The notes beneath the pieces are model-generated. The model made no database searches and was not told where the DNA came from. It saw nothing but the letters and a program-made list of their open reading frames with translations. Positions 1 through 10,435 of a stretch of 64,000 nucleotides of DNA are shown here, one piece after another. The first letter of the stretch is position 1; each line of letters opens with the position of its first letter. The translations under genes and the position numbers were made by a program. The stretch spans positions 26,091-90,090 of IMG/VR virus record IMGVR_UViG_3300048927_000308; one strand, given 5' to 3'. This stretch comes from a virus.

Positions 1-2
1 CA

Positions 3-236
3 AATTACAGTGGCCAGAGTTTCCGGTTTGACGATCAGGCACGACTGGCGCAGTCATTGAAGGCCGCCCACCAGCGTGGTGCCAGCGTAGTGATTACAAA
101 CAGCGGCGCGCCGTCTATCACTGAGCTTTATACCAGCATTGGGTTCAAGGTGATGCCGCTGCGCGCGCGTCGCTCGATCTCATGTGCTGGCGATACGCGA
201 GAAACCGTCACCGACATCATAGGAGTATTAGCCTGA
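3..236 (+). CDS. Dam-family DNA adenine methyltransferase, C-terminal fragment (runs off window)
   Basis: Own translation NYSGQSFRFDDQARLAQSLKAAHQRGASVVITNS...RARRSIS resembles the Dam C-terminus; upstream of ban like P1 dmt; TGA overlaps next ATG. Confidence 0.75.
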   Translation, partial: NYSGQSFRFDDQARLAQSLKAAHQRGASVVITNSGAPSITELYTSIGFKVMPLRARRSISCAGDTRETVTDIIGVLA

Positions 237-934
237 TGGCCAGAATAACCCCTCCGCACCTGGAGATGGCGCTGTCACGCGTCAAAGGCTACGTGATGCG
301 TCACCCGAACGGCGTAGACGTTAAAGATTTGCTGAAGGTCGAAGCTTTTTCCCGGCTTAAGACTAAAGACCGCAAGCAGCTGCTGGACATCATTGAGCGT
401 TATGACCAGCTGGAAGTAACGCAAACCGGCAGGGGCGCAAAGACCGTCACCTGGCTGCGCCATAAATTGCATACCCTTACTACACCAGCTGAGCCCGTAC
501 TGGTTGTTACTGAAGAGGCAGCTGAGCCGACATTCATATGCTGCGACTGTCTCAGAGAGAAGCCAGCACGCGATTTTACCGGTGATGTTCACCGCTGCTC
601 TACCTGTGAAGCTCGCGCCATCGCGCCTGCGGTTAAGAAAACAGAAAAGTTATCGTTAAACATTGAACAAAAGGAAAATGAAGCAATGCCTCCGAAAACC
701 GCTCTATCCCCATCCGAAATGCGTAAACAGGCAGAAGCGCTACTGCGCCAGGCCGAAGAGGCAGAGCGCACTGTTGCGGCTAAAGATGTTTTCCAGAAAC
801 AACTGGAACCTTTGCGTCGGGAAGCTCTGCTGGCTCACACAAAAGTGACAAAGGGTTTAGAGATGATGGTAGACGGCATGGCCGAGCTGGATAAGGCGAT
901 GGCCAAGTTGCGCGACTTTAAAGTAGAAGCATAA
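236..934 (+). CDS. hypothetical protein with CxxC..CxxC zinc finger and C-terminal coiled coil
   Basis: ORF track; start moved to ATG 236 (TGATG coupling). Confidence 0.65.
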   Translation: MARITPPHLEMALSRVKGYVMRHPNGVDVKDLLKVEAFSRLKTKDRKQLLDIIERYDQLEVTQTGRGAKTVTWLRHKLHTLTTPAEPVLVVTEEAAEPTFICCDCLREKPARDFTGDVHRCSTCEARAIAPAVKKTEKLSLNIEQKENEAMPPKTALSPSEMRKQAEALLRQAEEAERTVAAKDVFQKQLEPLRREALLAHTKVTKGLEMMVDGMAELDKAMAKLRDFKVEA

Positions 935-950
935 AAATGCTTTACCTCGC

Positions 951-995
951 ATTAGGCTAATAAATTTTTGTTTATTTAATTGTTCTAATAAATTA
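951..995 (+). promoter_or_regulatory. tandem C1 operators upstream of ban
   Basis: ATTAGGCTAATAAATTT (951-967) and ATTGTTCTAATAAATTA (979-995) vs P1 consensus ATTGCTCTAATAAATTT. Confidence 0.75.
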
Positions 996-1035
996 TCTTT
1001 ATTGGCGCACGAGACATTTGATTTTGCAGTAATAG

Positions 1036-1059
1036 AAGGGCGGCAACGCCCTTTTCTTT
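1036..1059 (+). terminator. terminator/attenuator-like hairpin in ban leader
   Basis: AAGGGCG-GCAA-CGCCCTT then TTCTTT, just before the RBS. Confidence 0.55.
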
Positions 1060-1073
1060 AGGGAGTTCTTACC

Positions 1074-2432
1074 GTGAAAGACATTAAAGCACCTCCGCAC
1101 TCGATCGAGGCAGAACAGGCTGTATTGGGCGGTCTAATGCTCGATAACCAGCGCTGGGAAGAGGTAGCTGATGTTGTCACTCCGCATGATTTTTATACCC
1201 GGCAACATCGGATTATCTGGTCGGCGCTAGCGTCTCTGAGTGAAGCCGGGAAACCAATGGACCTCATTACCTTGACCGAGAAGCTGGAGGAGGAGGGGAC
1301 ACTGGATATTTGTGGGGGCTTTGCATATCTCGCTGAGCTTTCGAAGAACACTCCCAGCGCCGCCAATATCAGGGCTTATGCCGAGATTGTCCGCGAGCGC
1401 GCTGTAGTGCGCGAGGTAATAAGTGTATCCAATGAAATCGCGGAAGCTGGGTATTCACCGCAGGGCCGCAGCAGCGAAGAACTGCTGGATATGGCAGAAC
1501 GGCTGGTATTTGGAATCGCTGAGAAGCGCCAGAAAGCGGATACCGGGCCAAAAGACATAGCCAGCATACTCGACACGACAGTAGCGCGCATTGAGGAGCT
1601 ATTTCAACGCCCACATGACGGCGTTACCGGCCTCGACACGGGCTTTACCGATCTTAACAAAAAGACGGCAGGCCTCCAGCCATCTGATTTAATTATTGTT
1701 GCCGCACGCCCATCTATGGGCAAAACCACCTTCGCTATGAACTTGGTTGAAAACGCCGCAATTAACAGCGATAAGCCCGCGCTGGTGTTTAGTCTGGAGA
1801 TGCCTAGCGACCAGCTGATGATGCGCTCCTTGGCATCGCTGTCACGCGTAGATCAGACCCGAATTCGCACCGGCCAGGTTGACGATGAGGACTGGGCGCG
1901 TATCTCCGGCACCATGGGGATCTTACTGGAAAAAAGAAACATCTATATTGACGATTCCAGCGGCCTGACCCCAACAGAATTGCGCTCCCGCGCGCGGCGC
2001 GTTTATCGCGAAAACGGCGGCCTGAGCATGATCATGATTGATTACCTTCAGCTGATGCGTGTTCCAGAGCTGAAGGAGAATCGCACGCTGGAAATTGCTG
2101 AAATTTCACGTTCCCTGAAGGCTCTCGCCAAAGAACTACAAGTGCCTGTGGTGGCGCTTTCCCAGCTTAACCGCTCGCTGGAGCAACGCTCCGATAAGCG
2201 ACCTGTCAACTCCGATCTCCGAGAATCTGGTGCAATTGAGCAGGACGCTGACCTGATTATGTTCCTCTATCGCGATGAGGTTTATCACGAGAACACGGAC
2301 ATGAAGGGAATAGCGGAGGTGATTATCGGAAAACAGCGAAACGGTCCGATTGGTACCGTTCGCCTCACTTTTAATGGCCAGTATTCCCGCTTTGATAACT
2401 ACGCTGGCCCCGACTGGAAAGAGGAAGACTGA
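1074..2432 (+). CDS. ban: replicative helicase DnaB analog Ban
   Basis: PPHSIEAEQAVLGGL N-terminus, Walker A ARPSMGKT, DYLQLM, SDLRESGAIEQDAD. Confidence 0.97.
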   Translation: MKDIKAPPHSIEAEQAVLGGLMLDNQRWEEVADVVTPHDFYTRQHRIIWSALASLSEAGKPMDLITLTEKLEEEGTLDICGGFAYLAELSKNTPSAANIRAYAEIVRERAVVREVISVSNEIAEAGYSPQGRSSEELLDMAERLVFGIAEKRQKADTGPKDIASILDTTVARIEELFQRPHDGVTGLDTGFTDLNKKTAGLQPSDLIIVAARPSMGKTTFAMNLVENAAINSDKPALVFSLEMPSDQLMMRSLASLSRVDQTRIRTGQVDDEDWARISGTMGILLEKRNIYIDDSSGLTPTELRSRARRVYRENGGLSMIMIDYLQLMRVPELKENRTLEIAEISRSLKALAKELQVPVVALSQLNRSLEQRSDKRPVNSDLRESGAIEQDADLIMFLYRDEVYHENTDMKGIAEVIIGKQRNGPIGTVRLTFNGQYSRFDNYAGPDWKEED

Positions 2433-2722
2433 TGAAACGAAAACTGATTGCCCGCAATAAGATCAACGTTACTGGCGTGCTGCGATATGCCCGGCGCAAC
2501 TTTCTTTTCCCGAATGATGCCTCACGTATGGGCCGCTACCGCGCCGAGGTGCGCATGAAATTGCGTCACGAGCGCCGATTTGGTGCCGAACCTGATTTTA
2601 GCCAAGCAGAGCAGTGGGGCTTGTCGAGCAGCTTTATTATCCCGTGCGTCAGCTCCCGGGGGCTGATCTGCAAACACATCCTCGTTACCAATGAGAAACT
2701 GGAGGAAATGCGCAATGCGTAA
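2432..2722 (+). CDS. hypothetical protein
   Basis: Coupled to ban stop. Confidence 0.55.
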   Translation: MKRKLIARNKINVTGVLRYARRNFLFPNDASRMGRYRAEVRMKLRHERRFGAEPDFSQAEQWGLSSSFIIPCVSSRGLICKHILVTNEKLEEMRNA

Positions 2723-3011
2723 ATTTATGACCGTCACCATGCCGGATAACAGCGTATGGAAGATACCGACTGACGTAATCGCCCGTCACCGCGCCGCGTA
2801 TTACGCGAAAGAACACAACATCACCCTGGAAGAGAGCCTGACGCAATGTACTCAGCCGCTTTTTGACCAGTATCCGGACGAGATCGAGGATTGGGCCGAG
2901 AACAACATGAACTGGTCCGACGTTCAGCCGCACGCCACGATGGTTCGCCCCGGGGAAGTTGACTATGACGATGGCTGGGCAAACGGTGAAAAAGCATTTG
3001 TTGAGGCCTGA
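2715..3011 (+). CDS. hypothetical phage protein
   Basis: MRKFMTVTMPDNSVWKIP; GGAGG upstream; overlaps previous stop. Confidence 0.65.
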   Translation: MRKFMTVTMPDNSVWKIPTDVIARHRAAYYAKEHNITLEESLTQCTQPLFDQYPDEIEDWAENNMNWSDVQPHATMVRPGEVDYDDGWANGEKAFVEA

Positions 3012-3013
3012 AA

Positions 3014-3292
3014 GTGATGATCTACGTTAGGACCGCTCCGGCGCGCCGTAAACCGCAGAACGGCGATCAGAAGATGATTAAAGGCGTGCTACATGAGCGC
3101 ATTAGCACGCGCATCCTTATGCGGGGCTGGGATGAACAGAAAGGCGAGGGGTGCTATTACCTCGCCTGGGACAAAACCGGGGGCAGGCAGTGCTATGAAT
3201 GGGTGCCAGTAACAGATCTGGTTGGCCTCTCTCCTTTTAAGCGTCGCTATTATGCCGAAATAGATGGAAAGCATGACAACGTAACTCACTAA
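3014..3292 (+). CDS. hypothetical protein
   Basis: ORF track; operon continuity. Confidence 0.55.
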   Translation: MMIYVRTAPARRKPQNGDQKMIKGVLHERISTRILMRGWDEQKGEGCYYLAWDKTGGRQCYEWVPVTDLVGLSPFKRRYYAEIDGKHDNVTH

Positions 3293-3340
3293 TGCTTTAC
3301 GAGCTTACCTAAACACAAATAGCATCCCACTTTGGGATGA

Positions 3341-4051
3341 TTAAGCCCCTCCCTTATGGGGCTTTTTATTATCGGCTTCATCTTCTTGGTTAGGGCTAAC
3401 AGTACCTGCTTCAATTTGATCTTGAGTAATTTTTTTACCGGGCACAGCTATATCAACCATTTTATAAAGACCGCCTCTTAAGCCTGTAATGGCATCTCCA
3501 TTAATGAAGCCCCATAAAGTAAATAGTAGCCCTATAGAGAAAGCCGTAGCGAACAGTTTCGGCACTCCAGAAAACATGAATTTAAGTATTGCGAGGCTAT
3601 AAAAGGTGAAGTTCTCCACTATACCCACAGGCTTTTTAACCTGCTTGCTATACTTGTCAGCCCCAGCCATAAGGGCTTTCAGCGCTGTTCGCTCAGCATC
3701 CGCTACCTTTTTTTCAAGTTTCGCAATATCTTTCTTTTTCTCGTCTTCAAATGTTGCCAACGCAGCATCGAAACGAAGTTGTAGACTGCTGTTAGCCGCA
3801 GTTACATAACCATCAACTATGGCTTTTGCTTTGTCTCTAAATACATCAAGTTGCTTTTGAGAACTGAGGCAGTGGTCGTGATATTTCACTAATTCTGCAT
3901 TAATCTGCTCATCGGTTTTTTTCTCTTTACGCAGATTGCGAGCTTTTTCGTCCTTAAAACCTTTATAAATGGCATAGGAAATAAGCTGCTCGATATTGTT
4001 TGGGTTTTTAACGAGTTCAGTAAAAACCCATTTGTTTTTTTGCTGGCCCAT
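3341..4051 (-). CDS. AT-rich accessory membrane protein (helical N-terminus, C-terminal hydrophobic segments)
   Basis: 236 aa ORF, low GC, hydrophobic FYSLAILKFMF and LFATAFSIGLLFTLWGFI. Confidence 0.75.
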   Translation of the reverse strand: MGQQKNKWVFTELVKNPNNIEQLISYAIYKGFKDEKARNLRKEKKTDEQINAELVKYHDHCLSSQKQLDVFRDKAKAIVDGYVTAANSSLQLRFDAALATFEDEKKKDIAKLEKKVADAERTALKALMAGADKYSKQVKKPVGIVENFTFYSLAILKFMFSGVPKLFATAFSIGLLFTLWGFINGDAITGLRGGLYKMVDIAVPGKKITQDQIEAGTVSPNQEDEADNKKPHKGGA

Positions 4052-4103
4052 ATCTCACCAAAAAAAAAGCCCCTAAGAGGGGGCATTTAAAATTTAAAGT
4101 AAA

Positions 4104-4439
4104 TTAAGACTTGATTGTTTTACGAACCGCGTTAAAGGATTCTTGAAAGAATCCACGGCTTTGGCTCTGTGTCAAAGCGCTATCTTTAAGGATTTTGCGA
4201 GCCTTATCTGTTAGGGTAACGGTGCCGCCTGATACACAAGCGCGTGCTTCAGGCGTTCTATGTGATGCGCGCGTTTGACCCTCGCGACTTTTCGCGAAAC
4301 CGGCTGCTTTGGCACTGCCAATAACAGCACCTACGTTGTTTGTAACGATTTTTTGTGCAGCGACACTTGCCACAGCGTCAGCTGAAATTTTTCGAATTTC
4401 TTCCGGGCTGAGGGCTGGCATACGACGTGGATTGGTCAT
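4104..4439 (-). CDS. accessory hypothetical protein
   Basis: GAGGAG RBS before ATG 4439; followed by hairpin GCCCC..GGGGC + T9. Confidence 0.6.
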   Translation of the reverse strand: MTNPRRMPALSPEEIRKISADAVASVAAQKIVTNNVGAVIGSAKAAGFAKSREGQTRASHRTPEARACVSGGTVTLTDKARKILKDSALTQSQSRGFFQESFNAVRKTIKS

Positions 4440-4544
4440 TTTTCGCTCCTCTCTACTTTTTCTTAGTCTAACATTTGCAAAAATATTTGCATATTTTTTA
4501 GCGCACATCACTAAGATTGTGAGAGTCAATTTAGGTTCCCTGTT

Positions 4545-5153
4545 TTAGCCCTTCGCCACTGTAACCTGTGCGGCCTTTATCGCAAGTGTACCGCCAGACT
4601 CAATTCCCATATTGCCGCCAGCCTTGATATTCATATCACCGACAGCCGAAATAAACGCGTCACCCTGTGACATAGCGAATAGCTCCCCCGCCTCGTTAAA
4701 CCCGATCGTTGTGCCGCTGCCCATATGTGTGACCGACCAGCTGCCGCCCGCATTGCGGATCTCCATGAGGCCATTGCGCGAATAAACATAGTCTTTGGTA
4801 GCGCTGGTGGACGGCATAGCTGGTGCTCCATCTACATCAGGCGGTGTGTATCCGGTGCCCTGTCCGGAGGCCTCCGGAGGGACATTAGGCGCACCGCCGG
4901 AAGCATCCTGCGCGTAGCCAATAATGAGTGGCCAGCGTGAGTCGCCGTTATACGGAAACTCTACCCACACCTTATCGCCCGCCAAGAATGGGGAAAAGGT
5001 GTTCGCGTTCTGAAGGATGGTTTCTGCCCAAGGCAGAGCATTATCTGGTAGGCCAGCCATGAGCCCATCAACGCGGATCTGCGTGCGCATTAGCCCTTTC
5101 GGATCGTCAACACTGACAACAACCGCGCGATACTTCCCTGTAAAATTACCCAT
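4545..5153 (-). CDS. baseplate spike/assembly protein (P1 gp5-like, GpV OB fold)
   Basis: [31 protein letters not shown]; P1 synteny. Confidence 0.88.
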   Translation of the reverse strand: MGNFTGKYRAVVVSVDDPKGLMRTQIRVDGLMAGLPDNALPWAETILQNANTFSPFLAGDKVWVEFPYNGDSRWPLIIGYAQDASGGAPNVPPEASGQGTGYTPPDVDGAPAMPSTSATKDYVYSRNGLMEIRNAGGSWSVTHMGSGTTIGFNEAGELFAMSQGDAFISAVGDMNIKAGGNMGIESGGTLAIKAAQVTVAKG

Positions 5154-6162
5154 TAACCACTCCTAACTGTGCCCGCGTGACGTAGCGGAATCGCTCTTCA
5201 TAATGCGTTGCCGACGTGACAATCATTTTTGCCGGGACTGATTCGTCCGCCCCGCCATCGCCACCGACGTTATTCACAAGCACCTTAATCACATTGCCGG
5301 GCGTCAAGGCGCTGTTGCCTTCCACCAGCATATCGAACCGGGGCAGTATGAATTTGTTGTAATTTGCCAGCGCCATCGGATCAGGATTGCTGGTAAATTT
5401 AACCGGTGCGTCTTTGCTTCCCGAGTACACCACCCCTTTTGTCATATCGTAACTGGCCATCCGGTAGTTGTGCCGGCGCTGATATTCGTACTCGGCATTC
5501 AGGATGTTAAATTGGCTGATCGTGAGGCCTTTGGTGTTCGGATTGCCTGATTCGTAAGTCAACGTGGCATCGGCGTTAGTAAGCTTATCCATGCTCCGGA
5601 AATTAATGGCTCCGCGCGATACCCAGCACATGGAGCCGGTATCGCGGCCCATCTCCTGAAGTACCTGTGTGGGCTTCTCACCAACGTTCAGATGATAGGT
5701 GGATGTTTTCCTGAATGAGTCAGCGTTCACCTTCAGGGAAGGGGCTAATGCGCCCACGATGACGCCTGGCTGCTTATCGACAAAGTATTGCGGGCTGGTG
5801 GCCGGGATTTTCAGCAGACGAACGGCGTCACTGAAGGCGTAAATCATCACAGTGTCAGCTTGGCGCGGCGCTTTCAGTACGAAAAACTCTTCTGAGAAGA
5901 GTAGGCCACCGATACCCTCCGGATCGCCCATGGAAACCGTCAGCACTGTGCCAAACTTCACGCCGAGTTTGTTAACAACATACGCCGTGCTGTCTCGCAC
6001 GGTCAGCATCAGTTGCGGCGCTGTCAGCTGTCCTTGCTCCACATAAACGCATCCTACAATCATTTCACGAGGTATCTCGTTTTCGCCGATTTTTACACTC
6101 TGCAAAAAAAGTTGCGTTCTTTTTGATCCAGATGCTGGAGAGGACGTAATTTTCGTAACCAT
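5146..6162 (-). CDS. tail/baseplate hub protein (P1 gp6-like)
   Basis: 338 aa; P1 synteny and recalled similarity. Confidence 0.82.
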   Translation of the reverse strand: MVTKITSSPASGSKRTQLFLQSVKIGENEIPREMIVGCVYVEQGQLTAPQLMLTVRDSTAYVVNKLGVKFGTVLTVSMGDPEGIGGLLFSEEFFVLKAPRQADTVMIYAFSDAVRLLKIPATSPQYFVDKQPGVIVGALAPSLKVNADSFRKTSTYHLNVGEKPTQVLQEMGRDTGSMCWVSRGAINFRSMDKLTNADATLTYESGNPNTKGLTISQFNILNAEYEYQRRHNYRMASYDMTKGVVYSGSKDAPVKFTSNPDPMALANYNKFILPRFDMLVEGNSALTPGNVIKVLVNNVGGDGGADESVPAKMIVTSATHYEERFRYVTRAQLGVVNG

Positions 6163-6294
6163 TCATAACATCCTGTATTGATTTGGAAGCTCCAATCCTT
6201 AGAATTTTTCTACCCCAAAAGTATTAGGGGTGCTGGCGTGAGAACCAGCCTCAAGAGGCCCGGCTAACAGCTGGGCCATCAGCTGTCTGTTCAA

Positions 6295-6368
6295 TGGCGA
6301 ACCGGACGAGGCCAGCTTTGTCTGGGCCGAACTTGATCGGATTCTCACCCTTGTCCGGTTCGCCACCA
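6295..6368 (+). ncRNA. C4-type antisense RNA
   Basis: 17-bp closing stem TGGCGAACCGGACGAGG/CCTTGTCCGGTTCGCCA (one G-U), two inner hairpins, TTCTCAC linker, 3' CCA; complementary target GTGAGAA..TCAAG at 6238-6255; promoter TTGATT-16-TAGAAT at 6178-6205. Confidence 0.72.
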
Positions 6369-6394
6369 GTCGCTGCTCTTTTATGGGAGAAAAA

Positions 6395-6628
6395 ATGCAA
6401 TTTCCTACCATCAGTCCGGAGGAGTTTTACGCAGCCTGCCGGGAGCTACATTTACCCCACACAGCAATCGCAGTTTCCGCTTTATCACGCCATTTCTTGA
6501 TAACACACCCTGAAAGTTCAAACTTTTGCCCTCGTTTGTTCCTTCGCTCACTAAAACGTCAATCACTGGCTTATATCCGTATCGCTCGCGCTAGGCGGGA
6601 GCCTCCCCCTGCTGCACTCGGGCTTTGA
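6395..6628 (+). CDS. small ORF downstream of the C4-like RNA (icd position)
   Basis: GGAG RBS 5 nt before ATG; antisense to the tail operon, 3' end overlaps gene 24. Confidence 0.4.
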   Translation: MQFPTISPEEFYAACRELHLPHTAIAVSALSRHFLITHPESSNFCPRLFLRSLKRQSLAYIRIARARREPPPAALGL

Positions 6629-7394
6629 CTGATATTCTGGCGTCTGTCTGGTTGACGTAGGAAAGCAACGGAAGGTCGGCAATAACATTAAGATCCAGGC
6701 CAACGGCAAATAACCGATTCTCTTCGGTCCCGGGAGTAAGATCCTCAAAAGCGATAGATTTTTGCCCGTTTATAACGCACTCCACGGACATGTCAGCACC
6801 TGCTAATTCGCTGGTGGCGGTAAATGAGGCCTGGCCTCGACTGGCATAAAAACGCAGCCAGAAGGCTAGGGCCGTAGCTACCATATTCAGCGATTCTTTT
6901 TCATCACTGGCTATCCATAGCGTGTAATCAAGTGATACCGGCATTGTCGCCACCAGCGCAGTAGTAGTGCCATTCTCATCAGATATTTGGCCATCGTCGA
7001 AGACATCGCGGCTCAGTTCGCCTTCATAAACTGAGAATGCTGGAGAGCGTGAAAGGTTGATTAGCGGCATAGCCAGCTTATTAACTTTTCCCGGAGGACA
7101 AGCACTATCTTTTCGTCCGGAACGGGAGGATTCAAAGGCCGCGAGCCAGGCGTCAACGCTACTGAATGTACCGAGTGTTATACGATCGCGAGGCGAGCGT
7201 TTCAGGAACTCACGGAATGACTTATTGGCGCGATCGGGAACCGATACAACCAGCGGCGCAAAGGCCTCATTCAACGCATCGGCAAACGCAGTGTCGATGC
7301 AGTCAAGCGTCAGAAATTCCTGTTTGCCTGTGGGTGTGAGCATCTTCTTTCGAAAGACGGCCAGCAGCCATTCCATTTCAACAAGAGTTGCCAT
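6591..7394 (-). CDS. tail/baseplate protein (P1 gp24-like)
   Basis: [35 protein letters not shown] as in P1 gp24. Confidence 0.85.
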   Translation of the reverse strand: MATLVEMEWLLAVFRKKMLTPTGKQEFLTLDCIDTAFADALNEAFAPLVVSVPDRANKSFREFLKRSPRDRITLGTFSSVDAWLAAFESSRSGRKDSACPPGKVNKLAMPLINLSRSPAFSVYEGELSRDVFDDGQISDENGTTTALVATMPVSLDYTLWIASDEKESLNMVATALAFWLRFYASRGQASFTATSELAGADMSVECVINGQKSIAFEDLTPGTEENRLFAVGLDLNVIADLPLLSYVNQTDARISVKARVQQGEAPA

Positions 7395-8127
7395 CAAAAT
7401 TTCCTTCAAAAGCTCGTGAGGGCACGCAGTAGAATAGGCTGCCTACCTTCGAGGTGCCGTAGTTAAAGATGCGGTGTATGTACCAGAAGCGGCGCACAGT
7501 GGAGCCATCAGAAAGCTCTTCCAACCATTCCAGCATTGAGCCAACCGGGACGTTAACGGCTGCTAGACGCAGTATCAGCGCAGTATCGCTAATACCGGTA
7601 TTGTCGCTGTCATCGTAGAGCGAGCGGAAAGATTCCATTTCGTCAGGACAATCCAGCGCAGTAATGAGCTCCGGCTCCCGGTAGTCATAGATCTGTTGGT
7701 TAGGCTCGATCACTTCGGATGCCGTATCTGTTGTGCCGGCGCGCTGGTGGGGGACCGCCCGGTAAAGCACCGCGTCGAATGAATCAGGGTCTAATTTGAT
7801 GGCTTTGAGCCAGTCCATCCGCACCAGGTTATTAAATACTGCATGACCTTCATAACGGTGGCGCACACCAGAATCACTAAGCAGGCCGTGATCCAGATTG
7901 GGAATGTCAGGGTCCGCCAAACGATCAACAAAATTCCCAACGTCATCACCATCGCTTTCGATTTCAGCATCGTTTTCTTCCTCTTCCGTAAAATCGTCTG
8001 CATCGAGATCCACCAGCTCCGGTGAATCTTCCTGCCCATCATCCGTATTGGTGGCCGGGAGGGTATCACCGGTCATTTGTGGCGACTTCTCGCCCCCCTC
8101 AAACATATCGTCGAAAAAACCAGCCAT
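7378..8127 (-). CDS. tail protein (P1 gp7-like)
   Basis: [10 protein letters not shown] acidic N-terminus; synteny. Confidence 0.85.
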   Translation of the reverse strand: MAGFFDDMFEGGEKSPQMTGDTLPATNTDDGQEDSPELVDLDADDFTEEEENDAEIESDGDDVGNFVDRLADPDIPNLDHGLLSDSGVRHRYEGHAVFNNLVRMDWLKAIKLDPDSFDAVLYRAVPHQRAGTTDTASEVIEPNQQIYDYREPELITALDCPDEMESFRSLYDDSDNTGISDTALILRLAAVNVPVGSMLEWLEELSDGSTVRRFWYIHRIFNYGTSKVGSLFYCVPSRAFEGNFDGNSC

Positions 8128-8130
8128 TGG

Positions 8131-9348
8131 TTATCCTTTCCGCTTCCGTGCTTCGTTTATCTGCGTTTGCAGAATGGTTTTGGCCTGGGCGGTGGCGGCA
8201 GCCTTATCCATGCCCTGGCTCATAAAGAACTTGATCAAGTTATCGGCCTGTGCCTGGAGAGCCTTTTTCAGTGCGGTAGCTTCAGCGCGGGCCTGCTCTT
8301 CTCGGACTTTCGCTGCGCGCAGTTCTGCCGCCTTTTTATTGGTGGTGGTGCGGGCCTTTTTCAGTAGACGCCGGACATTATCGGTCTTCGTATCTTTTGA
8401 CTTGAGTTTTTTACCCAGAGTTTCCTGCGCTTGCTGATAGCGCTCAAATTCGCGCTTCGCTTTTGTCTGGTCAGTAGTGGTTGTGCGGTTACGCGCCAGC
8501 GCCTTAGCGAGCTCACCTTTAAAGAAGGTCGTCGTTTTACGTTTGTCGTCGCCGAAGGCTACCTGTTTCGCCGCCTTATCCAGGGCGTTGATTATCGCCC
8601 GGTGCCAGGTAGATGACTGGAAACGGGTCATTGTGTGTAGGACGTGTTTACAGGCCACACCGTTTAAGTCCGGGTTGCGGATTTTCGGGAAGGCATATTC
8701 TTTCGGCGGAGCGACGGCATAGTTACCCGCAGTGGCCATATAGCGGTACCAGTATTGGTGGCGGCCACAATCACAGTCGAACGATACGCGGCCTTTGCAA
8801 AGGTCAGCGGCGATACGTGCCTTTTTGGCATCGTCCTCGCTGATGTCCTCCACTGCCTGATCCCATTCCTCAAAACGGATGCGTACGCGGTGGTGCTGGT
8901 GGTCCGACTCCTCTGATGCCTTGACAGATACTACCGCCAGGTTGTGCTTGATGCCGAGGAAGGTTGCTGCTTTGATGCCCGTACCGTCGGATACGCGGTT
9001 ATTGGCGCGCTTGATGTCGATGCTGGTGGATTGGGCCACCAGCTGCGCGTACGTGATGCCCGGTACCGTATTGCGGAAACCCTTCTTATGGGCCTGCCGG
9101 GCGGCATCAAAACGGCGAATGTCATCTGGGGTGAAGTAGGTGCCGTCTTTCTTCTTCCCGAGGCTCAGGAAAGCGTCTAGCTCGCGATTTCGCTTACCCA
9201 TCGTACGCGGGGTGAGCGTGCGGCGCGCTTTACGGCGATTTTTGCGCTGTTGCTTCTGGATCAGCTCAAAGACACGGTGAAAGTCTTTAGCATCGAGCCC
9301 ATCAGTCTGATAACGTCCCTGGTCATTGCGGGTAAAGTCGGCGGGCAT
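8131..9348 (-). CDS. tail-associated protein (P1 gp25-like) with SWIM-like CxC..CKH
   Basis: FDCDCGRHQYW..GVACKH; synteny. Confidence 0.85.
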   Translation of the reverse strand: MPADFTRNDQGRYQTDGLDAKDFHRVFELIQKQQRKNRRKARRTLTPRTMGKRNRELDAFLSLGKKKDGTYFTPDDIRRFDAARQAHKKGFRNTVPGITYAQLVAQSTSIDIKRANNRVSDGTGIKAATFLGIKHNLAVVSVKASEESDHQHHRVRIRFEEWDQAVEDISEDDAKKARIAADLCKGRVSFDCDCGRHQYWYRYMATAGNYAVAPPKEYAFPKIRNPDLNGVACKHVLHTMTRFQSSTWHRAIINALDKAAKQVAFGDDKRKTTTFFKGELAKALARNRTTTTDQTKAKREFERYQQAQETLGKKLKSKDTKTDNVRRLLKKARTTTNKKAAELRAAKVREEQARAEATALKKALQAQADNLIKFFMSQGMDKAAATAQAKTILQTQINEARKRKG

Positions 9349-9359
9349 TGCGCTGCTCC

Positions 9360-9737
9360 TTACGCGATCGACAACGTGCCAATCAGCTGGCCGTCATACT
9401 GGAAGTGGCGAATCATTTCGCGAATCCACGCCGCCGGCGGCAACTTCAGTTTTTTTCCTACGGTCATCCCCTGAGACTCATCTTCCAACCCAGCTGCCAG
9501 CGTCACTACCCAACGTAGCTCCGGCACCCCCCAAATCCGAAAAGAAAGCAGGTCTGGGCGGTAGCGTTCATCCGGCAACACATAGTAAACAGTCAGGTTC
9601 TGATCATTAGATTCGCACATGGCCATAACCTCTTTGCGGAGCTCGGCGCGCAAAACAGGGTCGGCAACATTACGATCGTCATACCGCGAAAGGGGATATT
9701 GTTCGATGCTGTTGGTGCTGGTGGTTGACGTGGCCAT
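9360..9737 (-). CDS. baseplate protein (P1 gp26-like)
   Basis: YRPDLLSFRIWG..ELRWVV..GKKLKLP (gp53/LysM-like wedge). Confidence 0.85.
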   Translation of the reverse strand: MATSTTSTNSIEQYPLSRYDDRNVADPVLRAELRKEVMAMCESNDQNLTVYYVLPDERYRPDLLSFRIWGVPELRWVVTLAAGLEDESQGMTVGKKLKLPPAAWIREMIRHFQYDGQLIGTLSIA

Positions 9738-9764
9738 AATCACTTCCTGTGTAAATATGGCCAG

Positions 9765-9783
9765 ATATTAAGGCATGTCATTT
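9765..9783 (-). promoter_or_regulatory. Lpa-dependent late promoter for gene 26 operon
   Basis: AAATGACAT-4-TAATAT vs P1 late consensus AAGTTACTT-4 bp- -10. Confidence 0.55.
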
Positions 9784-9793
9784 GTTGGGAGGG

Positions 9794-10435
9794 TCAGAGG
9801 ATATTGCCTTTGCCGGTCAGTTTTCCGTGTGGCACTTGCTTTTCGGTTAAGCGCTGCACGCCGCGCACGATATTCAGCAGGGGTTCAATCAGAGACTTTT
9901 CTTGCTGACGGTACAGCTCGCCGGTCATAGTCTTGATGAAGTCGGCGCTGGCGATGTTGTTGTACTCAGTGGCGTAGCAGCAAAGCAATGTGAGGACGTG
10001 TTCGGTCGTGAGTTCCTGCCAGTTAATGTTATAGAACTCTTCACCCTTCTTATCGCGGTCGGTATCGAAGATGCTCTGGTGCAGGATGTATTTACCCGAC
10101 TCAGCGCGCGGCCGCTTGATCGCCTTCTGGCGGTCCAGTTCGCTGTAAATGCGCATGGCTTCCACCAGTACCGGGCGACCGGTCGTGTGCTCATCACGTA
10201 GTCGTATGCGCTGACCAACGCGGCCAGTGATAAAGCTGTTCTCCTCATCCACCAGCACGATAAAGCCTTTTTCCTCTTTCTCACGCAAGTCGCGCAGCAG
10301 CTCCAGCTCCATTGCGCGCCGGCGCTCTGGATAGTTCTTGCGTTCGGCCATGATGAGCTCATCACTAACCCAGGCTGCGGTAATCATGGCAGGTTTGCCT
10401 ACTGTTAGACACACGGCACAGATCTTCTTGTCCAT
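9794..10435 (-). CDS. mat: particle maturation protein Mat
   Basis: MDKKIC..VGKPA..ELIMAER..YPERRR matches recalled P1 Mat. Confidence 0.88.
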   Translation of the reverse strand: MDKKICAVCLTVGKPAMITAAWVSDELIMAERKNYPERRRAMELELLRDLREKEEKGFIVLVDEENSFITGRVGQRIRLRDEHTTGRPVLVEAMRIYSELDRQKAIKRPRAESGKYILHQSIFDTDRDKKGEEFYNINWQELTTEHVLTLLCCYATEYNNIASADFIKTMTGELYRQQEKSLIEPLLNIVRGVQRLTEKQVPHGKLTGKGNIL

